In this document: in pieces, positions 42,853 through 55,824 of the stretch
Layout of the letters: the number at the start of each line of letters is the position of its first letter
Position numbering within the stretch: position 1 is the first letter of the stretch
From: Octopus vulgaris
Taxonomy: Eukaryota
Assembly: GCA_951406725.2 (NCBI GenBank)
Contig: OX597836.1
Coordinates: forward strand, 4,898,001-4,962,000
DNA length: 64,000 nt
Direction of reading: 5' to 3'
Program-made: the position numbers and the translations under genes
The notes under the pieces: generated by a model
The model's database searches: none
What the model saw: the letters and a program-made list of their open reading frames with translations, nothing else
What the model was told of the DNA's origin: nothing

Positions 42853-43220
42853 CAGTGATACCTCGCAGAACGAGTTTTATTCGTTCCATGATTTACGCGT
42901 TTTACAAATCAATTTTCCACATTGAAATTAACTAAAATATAAGTAATCCGTTCCAGCCCCCACAAAACCACCCAAACGTAATTTTTTATGGGCTTTAAAA
43001 CAGAAATGGTGCAGTTGCGAGTAAGATGACAATTATAAAAGAGAGAACGCAAAAGGTATATGTAGACTGGCTTTATTAACTGAACTACCTTAAAGATTGG
43101 ACAATTTGTGTGTCCGTACTGCAGATTTCCTCGCGCACTTCAAGACAAAAATTCACACGATCTCGACTCGCATATTAAATTACTCGTACAATGGGGCACT
43201 CGTACTGCGAGGTTCTACTG
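42853..43220. mobile_element. Tigger/pogo-like (Tc1/mariner) MITE with TA TSD
   Basis: TA|CAGTGATACCTCGCAGAACGAGT ... ACTCGTACTGCGAGGTTCTACTG|TA, ~23-bp imperfect TIRs. Confidence 0.82.
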
Positions 43221-43317
43221 TATAGGAATTTCAGTGGACAGAATCAGAACTGATTTGAGGTCTAAGTGCATCCAGGAAAGCAAGTTCTACTGCACAAACT
43301 AGCACAGTTAAAGAGGA

Positions 43318-43725
43318 ATTTATTCTTTTCTACTCTAGGCACAAGGCCCGAAATTTTAGAAGAGATGGGGAGCAGTCGATTAGATTCACCCCAGGATGCA
43401 ACTGGTACTCAATTTCTCGAACCCGGAAAGATGAAAGGCAAAGTCGACCTCGCCGGAATTTGAACTCAGAACGTAGCGGCAGACGAAATACCTATTCCTT
43501 TACTACCCAAAAGGGGCTAAACGCAGAGAGGAGAAACAAGGACAGACAGACGGATTGAGTCGATTACATCGACCCCAGTGCGTAACAGGTACTTAATTTA
43601 TCGACCCCGAAAGGATTAAAAGCAAAGTGGACCTCGGCGGAATTTGAACTCAGAACTTGACGGCAGACGAAATACGGCTAAGTATTTCGCCCGGCGTGCT
43701 AACGTTTCTGCCAGCTCGCCGCCTT
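43318..43725 (-). mobile_element. Dimeric SINE family B (full copy plus headless copy with alternative tail)
   Basis: Full copy 43493-43725. Second unit 43318-43492 restarts at GTATTTCGTC and ends GGGCCTTGTGCCTAGAGTAGAAAAGAATAAA. Confidence 0.88.
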
Positions 43726-44329
43726 GCTAACATAGAATTCATTGAAATTACGATGTTGTTAATGCTTTTGTGGAAGTTCATTCCCCACCCCCTGGTCTGT
43801 TCGTTTCCGCAGAATTTTTGTAAAAGATGTTTCACCTGCGATGGTCATGTTTAGTCTTTCCCCCTCAAATATGTGCTTGGGAGGAATTTCAAACAAATCA
43901 AGCTCTGCACTTCGATCTCCCGGACTGCATAAATTAGGAACTTAATCTTCCTGAAGTCAGAACCTAGGGTCTAAACAAACAAAGGGAACATTAGAGAGAA
44001 TTGTCTTAGATTGAAGTTATGGATATCGCAGCAAATCCTTTCGTTCATAGGTCTGCTTTCATCAAGCAGGCCTGGGGCTAAACCACAAAGGCTGCAACAA
44101 GAACAACAATATATATTGAATATCTGCAATATCTTGACTAGAAATCAGTGCAGTGAAGTAGGAAGCGATGCGAGACGAAGTGCATCCTTCCAAGAATAGA
44201 GAGCAAAGCCTGCGGCAATCTGTTATTTATTTAACTCGTTGATTCTGCGATGTTTCATAACATGAAGACGGAGCGTCACGGTAACAGATCGCATTTCGTT
44301 TCTAGTCAAATGGATTAGCGATTCGAGGC

Positions 44330-44615
44330 ATGTGTGTGTGTCTGTGTGTGTGTGTGTTTGAGTGTGTTTGTGTGTGTGTGTGTGTATGAAAGAAAGCGTG
44401 TATATACCAATGTGAGTATATTTGTAAATGTATATGTAAAAAGAGAGGGAAAGAGCAGGCGAGGACGAGAGACATACGTATATAGAAAAGAGTATGGTAG
44501 TGTATCGGTGTATGTGTACGGTACTGCAAGTGCGTACATGTGTGTGTGGGGGTGTTTGTGTGTGTGCATGTGTGTGTGTGTGCTGTGTGTGTGTGCATGT
44601 GTGTGTGTGTATGTC

Positions 44616-44698
<83 letters not shown>

Positions 44699-44750
44699 TG
44701 TGTGTGTGTGTATGTGTGTGTGTGTCAGTGTGTGTGTGTGTGTGTGTGTG
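44330..44750. repeat. (GT)n-rich microsatellite region
   Basis: Long GT runs; a complementary (CA)n run follows at 44920-45000. Confidence 0.95.
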
Positions 44751-44918
44751 ATAAAGTTACCCCTTCTTAACATTTGCGATATGAGAGGGAGAATGTTTTC
44801 GCAATGCAATTAAGAAGCGAAATTAATTTCGCTCCTTCGAGCGACTCAACAACTCAACCACTGGGAAATTGTACAGTCATGAACGGCAACAGCTTTAATT
44901 TCCTGCTGCAAAGGATGG

Positions 44919-45000
<82 letters not shown>

Positions 45001-45194
45001 ACTTTCTTACATTTATACATATATATATATATATACATATATAAGCAAATATCTACATATATACATTTCAATTGATACATATATATATATATATATCAAA
45101 GAATATACATGTATGTAAGTGTGTGTGAGTGTGTATATGTATATAAGTGTGTGTGAGTGTGTATATTTATATCCATATGTGAGTATATATACAT

Positions 45195-45234
<40 letters not shown>

Positions 45235-45852
45235 ATATTTACACATGCGCACACACACACGCACACACACATATATATATATATGGAGGTAAGTGTGCCT
45301 GCATATGTGAGTACGTATGTGAGTATACAAAATGGCTAATCATTTGTAACATTACGAAATGGATAATTCTTTTTAACACACGCAATTATGCAATTCACTG
45401 ATTATTGTAAGAAAAAGAAAAAGAAAACATTTCAATATACGGTATATTCTCTCCCCATCTCTCTCTCTCTCCTGATATATATATATATATATATATATAT
45501 ACACTCACACACACACACACACACATATATACTCACATTCATACATACACATTCATCAGTATTATAGGCCCATATTGTAGACAAATAGAATTACACATAT
45601 TTTATACACGCACACACACACACGCACACAGAGGCTATTTATCTGCCATGGGTACAAATAATTTCAAATGTATGTAATTTTGCATAATATATACACGTTG
45701 GCTATTGATTTTTCTAATATATGTAAAACGACACAAATTTTAGTGATAAGACGCTTCCGCTTTGCCATTATATTGGTGTTGTTTATGATAACCTGAAGGT
45801 AGAACCACAGAAACTTTATTGAAAAAGATACTTCCATGATGAATATTTGTGG

Positions 45853-45883
<31 letters not shown>

Positions 45884-45997
45884 ATATTTCGGAATGGTCA
45901 TATTGCCAGTTTAGTCAATAAAAACACACGCACTATATATTTGGTGTTATTTTGCTTCAGTGTTATTTATTTTTTACATTAATCTTAATCTTATTTC

Positions 45998-46042
45998 GGC
46001 CAGAGTTCTTTCGTCACACTCCTGTGACCGCATCAGTGGTCC
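45998..46042 (-). ncRNA. Hammerhead motif variant in a Penelope-like terminal fragment
   Basis: Minus strand GGACCA-CUGAUGC-G-GUCAC(aggagu)GUGAC-GAAA-G(aa)C-UC-UGGCC, followed downstream by AAUAAA. Confidence 0.6.
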
Positions 46043-46285
46043 TTTGTTTTCTTCTTTCTTATTTGTGTCTCTCCTTACTAACCGTTAGCCATTTTGTATT
46101 ACTATTGTATGTTTTCATTTGCGCATGCTTATATCTCTATGTGCGTCTATGTTTATTTAGTGTGTGTATGTGGGGGGATGCCTGTAATATTTGTATCTTC
46201 TGTTTATATACGTTCATGTAATTTGTATTTTATTTTTGTTGTTGTTGTTTTTGTGTATTCTTATTTTGTTCATGTGTTTACATTG

Positions 46286-46411
46286 TGACCAGCGATGTGT
46301 AGCAAGATCTGATAGCCTGGTCGGTCATGGTGATCTCGGTGATATATATATATATCACCGAGATCACCGTGACCGACCAGGCTATAAGATCTTGCTACAC
46401 ATCGCTGGTCA
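46286..46411. repeat. 126-bp palindrome: two copies of a repeat end, head-to-head across (TA)n
   Basis: 46286-46342 is the reverse complement of 46355-46411 with 2 mismatches; the centre is itself palindromic TA. Confidence 0.95.
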
Positions 46412-46472
46412 AAATGCGCTTCGCATTGTTTTAGCCTCCAAATGATGCCACCTCGCTGGCTAAGCGAGCGGG

Positions 46473-46529
<57 letters not shown>

Positions 46530-46533
<4 letters not shown>

Positions 46534-46582
46534 AAAGCTGTTACTCAGAGTTTCACGTTCCCGTTCATCGGACAGTTTTGTT
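46530..46582 (-). ncRNA. Stand-alone type-I hammerhead ribozyme fold inserted in (TA)n
   Basis: Minus strand AACAAAACUGU-CCGAUGA-ACG(GGAA)CGU-GAAA-CUC(U)GAG-UA-ACAG-C-UUUUGUU. 11-bp stem I with one bulge, GNRA-capped stem II, U4C core variant. Confidence 0.7.
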
Positions 46583-46854
46583 ATATATATATATAGACGT
46601 GTTCGACACTTCTCACGGCTGAAAATTTGTACCACGAAGAGCAGTATCATAATACGAATTTTGACCACGCTTTAAAATTTTCGCCAGTCCACTTATGTTG
46701 TCCAATATTTTATTTACTCTACTTCTGGAAGATAAAGGGTAAATTTGATCTCGGTGAAAGTTGATTTTGAATCATAATGGTGTGGATTATAAAGCGCAAA
46801 ACCTGTCGTGTTGACACTGACCATCTCACAGCTGTTTAGTAGTATGTTATTTAA

Positions 46855-47038
46855 CCTTTAGAACTCGAAAAGCTGATGCACCGGCACTACGTCAACGCTG
46901 TCTATTCCCGAAATGCCGATGTATGTGAAACAAGCATTTGTTTCCGCATATCTCCTAAAATTAATTTTTTTTAACTGAAACTCGCTGGGCTCTTAGGTTG
47001 GTGCATTCAATTCCTGTGAATGGTTAGAGTTCAAAGGG
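46855..47038. mobile_element. piggyBac-type MITE with TTAA TSD
   Basis: TTAA|CCTTTAGAACTC ... GAGTTCAAAGGG|TTAA. Confidence 0.75.
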
Positions 47039-47369
47039 TTAATATAGCGAGGAAAAATGAAAGACAAAATTGTTCTAAGAGACAATCGATCTTAGAACGT
47101 AAAGAGCGTTAGGGAAAATATTATACAAAAAATAAACCCGATCCGTATGATTTGAATGTATTTTGGGTATTAGGAATTTTGCGTCGGAACCACATGGTCT
47201 CCGCTTCAGTCCTATTGCTTAACATCTTCGACTCTAGTTTGACCAATGCCGGGTACGTGGTTTGCTTGATTTTTAAATATGTGGAAGGCCTGGTATTGAA
47301 AGGAGAATCGACGCCACCGATATAGGAACACGAATCATAAAAGACACCTCTAAATAATTTACAGAATAT

Positions 47370-47597
47370 TTTTATTGCTAACAGGGGGCTAAACATAGAG
47401 GAGGCAAATAAGGACAGACAAAGGGATTAAGTCGAATAGATCGACACCAGTGCGCATCTGGTACTTATTTAATCGAGCCCGAAAGTATGAAAGGCAAACA
47501 TGACCCCGGCGGAATTTGAACTCAGAACGTTAAGGCAGACATAATACTGCTAAGCAATTCGCCCGGCGTGCTAACAATTCTGCCAGCTTGCCGCCCT
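47370..47597 (-). mobile_element. SINE family B
   Basis: GGGGCTAAACATAGAG...GGCGGAATTTGAACTCAGAACG...CTGCCAGCTTGCCGCC. Confidence 0.88.
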
Positions 47598-48124
47598 CTG
47601 ACTCGCAGAATATTGTCTTCTCCTCTATTCATTCGCGCCGCAAACTCTATTGTCCATTTTAAAGATTAAATAGCTTTACAATAATCCGAGATCAATAGGA
47701 TGAAAAAATAAAAAATAAAAAAATGCCGTAAAAATTAATTCTTCTGTATTCAGATTTCTTTTATTTTTACAGTTCCAATGCATTCTCTTTTCCATGTTTT
47801 AAGTTCAAAACCTGAATCAACTTCATCTGTTATCTTACTAAGATCACCAACATAATTTGCTGTTCAATATTTGGTTGGCCAAAAATTTAAATTGTCGGAC
47901 AATATCTTTTGCGGTATTCTTTCCGCGTCTTCTGTATGGCCAAGCATGTGTACATAAGCTATACACACCAAGAAAATACCTCTTTTGTGAACCTCTTGTT
48001 CTAATGCACCATGTTTTCATGAAAGATATCATTATAATGGTAAAATCGAAGTGTTTTGTCTTGTTTGTTTAGTATTTTGTAATTCTATTCTATTGAATTT
48101 CTTTATTCTGTAGTTATTTAAATG

Positions 48125-49215
48125 ACGAACTTTGAAGAATCTCACTGCCATACTCGAAGATAAACTTTGAGACCCTCAACAGCAGTGCATGCGGTATGCA
48201 TGTTTGAAATGAAAATGTTTGAGATATTTCCTTTTGTATTGAGATAACGCATTTTAATGAATATACCTGAGACAATTCCATTGTTGTGGACGATGAGAGG
48301 AAGGTTGCAGGATTTTGATTAAAATATTGAGAAATTTCATGACAATATATATGTCGCAGTTTTCTAATGGAAAACATTTGAGGTATTTAACTATTTTGTA
48401 CCGAGATACGCTGATAGGCGTATTTTAACGAGATCCTTTGAACCACCTCAATGCTATGTAAATTTTTAATGAAATCCTTTGAGGTACTTCACTGCTTAGC
48501 ATATTATTGCAATGTTTCAATGACAACTATTGAGCCACTTCACGGCCATGCAGGCAGATTATAGGATTTAATGAAAATCTTTGAGTAAATTCTAAGGACC
48601 AGGGTTGCAGGATTTAAATGAAATTTCTTGAGATATTTCATTATGTAGGGTAATAACAGGTATTTAATACATATATTAATATAATTTAGAAACTATGCCC
48701 TGAGAAAAGGAGATTCAAGGATCTCAACAAAAGTATTTGAGGTATATCATAGTTTTGCCCTTTGAGACGGATTTTGATGGGTTTTAATGAAAATCTCTGA
48801 CATTTTTCTTATTAGAATGCAACGAAGTATTAGGTATTTAATGAGAAACATAACTGCACGAAAATGGCAGTTTCTAATGGGAATCTTTGAGTTACTTCTA
48901 TGCATGGCTTTTGAAAGTATTTCGTGAAAATATTCAAGACACACCCCTACTGTGCACGAACATTGAGACTCTTAATGAAAATAGTTTAGATATATCACTG
49001 CCATACATGAAATTTCAGGTTTTTAATGAAAATACTTTAGTTATGCAGAAGACTTTAGCTATGCAGAAGATTGTTTTTCAATGAAAACGCTTCAGATATG
49101 TCGCTGCTACGCACGAGATCGCAGGTTTGTAATGAAAATCTTTGAGATATATCACCGCTATGCACAAGATGGCAGATGTTGCACAATAAACTTTGATATA
49201 CTTCGTTGATATGTA
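48125..49215. repeat. Diverged ~51-bp minisatellite array (about 20 units)
   Basis: Recurring TTTAATGAAAATCTTTGAGATATTTCACTGCTATGCA..GATTGCAGG-like unit; AATGAAAA anchors at 48974, 49025, 49080 and 49131. Confidence 0.85.
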
Positions 49216-49439
49216 TGGAGAGTTACACGAAAGAAGAACGAATAAAGTTATATGAGAATTTGTTGTTATGGACCACTGAACCGGATCCAATACAAGCTTT
49301 CATGAGGCATTGTCAAGGTTTAAAATCTGAGACACTGGAAATGGATCCATTTGGAGGGTATCTATCGCAATTTGGTCAAAAGAATCGTCATGGTCTAGAA
49401 TTTATATATCTAAAGATAGGACACCTTTGAATTTTATAT

Positions 49440-49670
49440 TTTGTCTCTCTTTTCTATTTCTTTCTGTCATTGGAATGCAACCATGCTGGAGCACAATCGC
49501 GATGATGTTAGTCGAACAAATCGAACCCGGTACGTAATTTTTAAAGTTTGGTTTTATTTTATCGTTCCTTTTGCTGAACCGCTAATTTATCGGGGTTGCA
49601 AACAAATCAACACCGATTGTCAAATAGTGATGGCAAACAGATACAGACTAAAAATCACACACACACACAC
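49440..49670 (-). mobile_element. SINE family A 3' half, degenerate
   Basis: CCATGCTGGAGCAC...TTAGTCGAACAAATCGA...TTTTGCTGAACCGCTAA. Confidence 0.7.
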
Positions 49671-51305
49671 AATGGAAAATTTTCTATTCGAAAATATTTT
49701 AATGGCCTAGTTTTTTGAGGAACTCAACAGCATGTATAAATATTTTCGAGGCTAAAGCTTAAGTGAAACTCTCCCCTCTCTCATTTTCCCCCTCTTTCAC
49801 TCTCTCTTTAGTTATAATGCCTACGGACCATGCTGATCCTTAGCCTTCATGCCAAAATCTGAAAGTCCACGAGTAGCAAAATATACAATAGTGGCTCCCC
49901 GTTGCCTTCTGCCTATTTATTTACAGTTTAATATAATGCTCGGAACAGAGTCTGATGTGAAAGGCACAAGGACCATGTAATACTTAGCTGTACCGTTTCC
50001 CGTACTTGCAGGACATGTGGACATACTGTTAAGTTCCTGTGTACACGTTCAGGTCCTAGAATGTCTCCGAGTTGCGCACGCATTAGTCTTCTGTAATTTG
50101 TACTATTACTGAGGCCTTTAAAAGCTGTACGTCGTCCAGTCACATCGGACTTCTGCAAAGTACTAACGAAGGATAAATTTACTATCTAAATCTAATAAAA
50201 TCCTGAGGTAAATCCTCACTAAAATTTAGTTTAATGTGATCGCAGGGCTTAGTGGAAAAAACAAAAAAAAAACTTTCAGTTGATAAGATACGTGGTCTTA
50301 AGTAAGCAAAAAGTGATGTCTCCTCCTCTATCTTGAATCTTCGTACACATCAGGTCACAGCTCATCACAAGATATCTAACCAACTGATATGGAATATATT
50401 CAAACCAAATGTTAATACATAGCAGAATAAAATTCCTATATATCAACCGTACTAAATTACTGGTGACTACACAGGAGCAAAATGAAATAAAACTTCTTGC
50501 TGGAGGAACCAACGTATCACCCGTCATTTAAACAACAACCACGTAACGATCGATACATTATCACCTGAAATACAAGCCAGACATTTTCACTCAAATTTCG
50601 TTGTGGTGTTGCAGTATATTTGGAAGATATTGTAAAATATTCTATATAAAATGATATCAGAATTGATGTAGTATATGGCAGTATAGAGCGTTGGCTGATA
50701 TTTTCCTTAATATGCGCACATAGATTCTCTTTATTGTCAAACAGCGTAACATTGGAGAAACGTGTTCAAGCAACTATATAAGAATATGACATGTGAGTGT
50801 ATAGGAATATAGATATGTGTATATATAGGAGTGTACGTGTGTATAAATGTATGAGTATAGATAAGTGTATATAACATATATGCGCATAATACATACATGC
50901 GTAATACATATATCTAAATATATGGATGCATATACATATATATATATATACACACACGCATATATGTATATATGTATGTTTTTATACACACTAACATGCG
51001 TGCGCATACAAACGTATAGGCAATGAGAAAGAGAGGAAATTATGTGTATGTAGTGAATATGCAATATGTCTGTGGTTTTATAAATGTTTTCAAACATCCA
51101 AATGCATATATACACAAACAAACATACAATGATAAACAGATACATGCATACAAACAGCATACATACATACGTACATACATGCACACAAACATATATATAT
51201 ATACATATACATATATATGCATGTATGTATTTATGTATGTATATATATTATATGTGTGTCTCTATGAGTATATATATATATATATATATATATATACTCA
51301 TAGAG

Positions 51306-51351
<46 letters not shown>

Positions 51352-51443
51352 AAAGATATACATTCTTGTTAAATATATGAATTGTCTATCGTGTATGCAT
51401 ACACGTAAAGGTGCTCTCACACATGAAAGGAGACGTACGCGCA

Positions 51444-51499
<56 letters not shown>

Positions 51500-51701
51500 C
51501 ATATACATATATATATCTATACACATACATATATAAATATATGTATGCATATACATATATATATGGATGTATGTATATATATATGTATGTAATTATATGT
51601 GTATATATATATGCATATATACATATATATATATATACACATATATACATATACATATATATATATTTGCAAACACACGCATACACACAGACGCATATCA
51701 A

Positions 51702-51833
<132 letters not shown>

Positions 51834-52291
51834 TAACTGTATCATTACTTCGATATCAACATGTGGATATGCACCATAGCATATATCCGCATACATAAAC
51901 AGACACCTATACATGTGCATATGTTTAGAGGTATATATTTATGTACGTCAGCATACACACACACACACACACTCACACACGCACTCTTACACACACTCAC
52001 ACACTTACACAAACTCACACACACACACACACGCAGACACATATATATTACGTACGGTTCCCATAAAAGTTTGCAACTGTCACTGGAATACCGTAACAAA
52101 CGCACGAGGCGCGTGATAACGAATATTAAAGAGACCTCTGCGAAATCCCGGCTATACAATATGAGTATAGACAAAACAATGCTGGCATAGGTGACACACG
52201 AGAGCAACAACGACAACATCAACAACAACATCAACAACAAAAACGCAAATGCCAAAAGCAATAACAACATCCATTCACCTGAGCTATATAC

Positions 52292-52348
<57 letters not shown>

Positions 52349-52445
52349 TAGACTTGTATGCATACATACATATATATATATATACATACATATATATTAT
52401 TATATATGTATTATATGGGATTGTATTATATGTATATGTATATAG

Positions 52446-52495
<50 letters not shown>

Positions 52496-53101
52496 TATAT
52501 ATATGCATGTATATGTATATGTATATGTATTTATATTTATATATGTATGTTTATATGTATATATAGATGTGTGTGTGTGGTTACGTATATAGCTGCGAGA
52601 GTGTGCATATCTCTGTTTGTGTCATTGTGTTTGTATGTGTGCATCTCTGTGCGACTGTGTGTATGTGTATGCATGTGTGCGTGCGAGTGTTTATAATGTA
52701 GAGGCAGTGACAATAGATAGCAGCCATAGAAGAGACATTAGCAATATTGACAACAAGGTGGTAACAAATATCTAGCATCTCACACACATGCAAATGTATA
52801 CCTCTATATAATATGTATATGCATACATACATGCATACATGCATACATATATATATATATATATATATGAAGTTACATAATACGTGATTATATACATATA
52901 TATGTGTGTATGTATATGTATATATATATATATATATACATATATATGTATACATATACATATATATGTGTATGAATATGACTATATATGTATATATATA
53001 TGTGTGTGTGTGTGTGTGTATATATATATACACATGCATAGATAAGTAGATAGATGGATATATGGATAAATGAATTGATATATAGTTAGATACATAGATA
53101 A

Positions 53102-53166
<65 letters not shown>

Positions 53167-53323
53167 TATACATATATATACATATATATGTATACATATA
53201 TATATGTAGTATATATTGATTCTATATGTGCGTTTGTGCTTGTGTGTGTATGTCTGTGTGTGTGTGTGTCTATGTGTGTATCTGTGCGTATCCGTGCGTG
53301 GGTGCGCGCGCGTGTAAGAATGC

Positions 53324-53379
<56 letters not shown>

Positions 53380-53593
53380 GTGTGTTTCTGAAAATAATGA
53401 TATGCAACATATTTAGCTAAAGGGAACGCGAAGGTTTCGTACATTACTGACTATCTAGGTTATACAGAACCCTCCTTCTCTGTCCCTATCTCTACATGCA
53501 TGTATACACACACTCACACACATTTATATCCCATATGCACGCTGAATCTCGACAGTAAATATATACACGTATCCATGTATGTGTGCATCTACT

Positions 53594-53672
<79 letters not shown>

Positions 53673-53764
53673 CTGTATGAATATTCCATATAATATACAT
53701 ATATTATTCATATAATACTTATATTTATATGTATGTATGTGTATATATATACATACATATACAG

Positions 53765-53814
<50 letters not shown>

Positions 53815-54894
53815 ATATACATACATATATATATATAAACATACATAGATATATATACATACACAGACACATATATATATGTGTACATATATATAGTTAC
53901 ATCTATGACGTTGTTGTTACAATGTGTTCTTTGCCTATCTCCTCAACTTCTTGGAGATTTTAGGTAAAATTATATAAATGTGACCATCTGTTCTAATTTA
54001 ATTAATTCTGTCTTTGTGTAGATGGGGATTGCTCTACATTTTAAATTGATGTAATGAAATGATTGCATTGTTCAATTAAACGTAGTTGCATGAAACGATC
54101 GTACTGCATTACCTCTGGATATCCTTGTGGGTTATTTTCATTATATACATATATTAGTCCGCAACTACTTACTCTTGTACGAATTTATCAATTTATTTCC
54201 CTACCCATCAATCTAGTCATGTATGCATCCATATATCTATCTATATGTCTACCTATCTATCTATATATCTTTCATCTTTATCTAGCGATCTATCTATATA
54301 CACTCAAGCATATACACGGACGTACACACGTACGCACGCCCCCACGCACCCTCTGTTATACATGCTTGGAACAATCAAACTATTTGCAGAATATTACTAG
54401 GGAAACTGATATTTCTCTGTCATCCACCTTTCAGAAATGACGCTTCTTTTCGATTTAACTTAACCTCTAATCTCTCCCTGAACTTCCTGTGAAGAATTTA
54501 CATTCAACATTGGACTAATCTGACATAGATCTGTCACAATTACGATTCCATTAAAAAGAGAAAAAAGCCGAACAGGAATAAAAGAATTCCTCCGACATCC
54601 GTCCAACATCCAGTTATTCAATGAGAAACACAACATAAAAACATAAAGAAGGAAATGAACGAGAAGTGTTGTTCTCTCTCTCTTCTTTTTATGTCTTTTG
54701 TTTTCCATTTTGATTTTTCGAGAATATTCTTCGTCCATCAGATATCTTCTTTAACTCTCTCCTAGAGGAGGATGTAACCAATCTCGGAGACAGATTTCGA
54801 TTAAGCCATATTGAAAACGATTTTGCTCTGATGTCGATCATGTCAACAAGAGAAGTACCCCTGAACTCTACGAATGCTGCTGCTGCCGTGGCTG

Positions 54895-55110
54895 CCACTA
54901 CCGTCACATCAACATTACGCCAACATCAATACCACTACCACCACAACCACCACCACCACCACCACCATCGCTACTACTACTACTACTACTTATAATACCG
55001 CCACCACCAAAACCACAACCACCACCACCACTGAGATAACTACTAGCACAACGGCCACCACCACGACCAACACTATTATTGCTTCCACCACAACCACAAC
55101 CACCAACCAG
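54895..55110. repeat. (ACC/ACT/AAC)n trinucleotide tract
   Basis: Source of the poly-T ORF 54874-55122. Confidence 0.9.
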
Positions 55111-55129
55111 TATTGTAACTGAGAACTAA

Positions 55130-55325
55130 AGCGTCGAGATGGCTGAATCGTTAGCATGCGTGGCAAAATGCTCTACGTTCTGAGTTCAAATTCCGCTGAG
55201 GCCGACTTTGCTTTTCTTTCTCTAGGAATCGGTAAAATAAGAGCCTGTTGAACACTGAGGTCGTTGTAATCGACACACTCCAACCGTCGAACTTGCTGAC
55301 ATTGTTCCAAAATTTAAAAACATTA
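55130..55325 (+). mobile_element. Degenerate SINE family B
   Basis: GGCTGAATCGTTAGCA..CGTTCTGAGTTCAAATTCCGCTGAGGCCGACTTTGC. Confidence 0.75.
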
Positions 55326-55501
55326 TTGTAACCAGCAACAGAAAATATAAGAAATAATGCATTATATATTTGCTCAATAAATATTTAAACAACGTGGCAC
55401 TGTAGAAGCGTGATGAGCTCGTAAACCACAGGTCCCTCGTTCGAATTTTGTTGTGCGAAGAAATAGTTACTATTATTTTTTGCTTTCTTACATCACACTT
55501 A

Positions 55502-55769
55502 AGCGCAGGAGTGGCTATATGGTAAGAAACTTGCTTCCGGCCCACAGGGTTCCGGGTTCAATCCCACTGCGTGGTAGCTTGGGCAAGTGTCTTCTACTAT
55601 AGCCTCGGGCCGACCAAAGCCTTGTGAATGGATTTGGTAGACGGAAGCTCAAAGAAGCCCGTCGTATATATATATATATATATATATATAAATTTGTATG
55701 TATGTGTGTGAGTGAGTGTGTGTGTTAACGTGTGTGTGTCTGTGTGTGTGTGTCTGTGTGTGTGTGTGT

Positions 55770-55824
<55 letters not shown>

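Noticed and set aside
48125-49215. CRISPR-like repeat/spacer appearance
   Set aside because: Eukaryotic context, non-identical repeats, 'spacers' homologous to each other and no cas genes.
54831-54995. Short ORF MSIMSTREVPLNSTNAAAAVAATT...HHHH resembling a transcription-factor N-terminus
   Set aside because: About 54 codons, runs into an ACC/ACT microsatellite and stops; no splice donor or domain seen.
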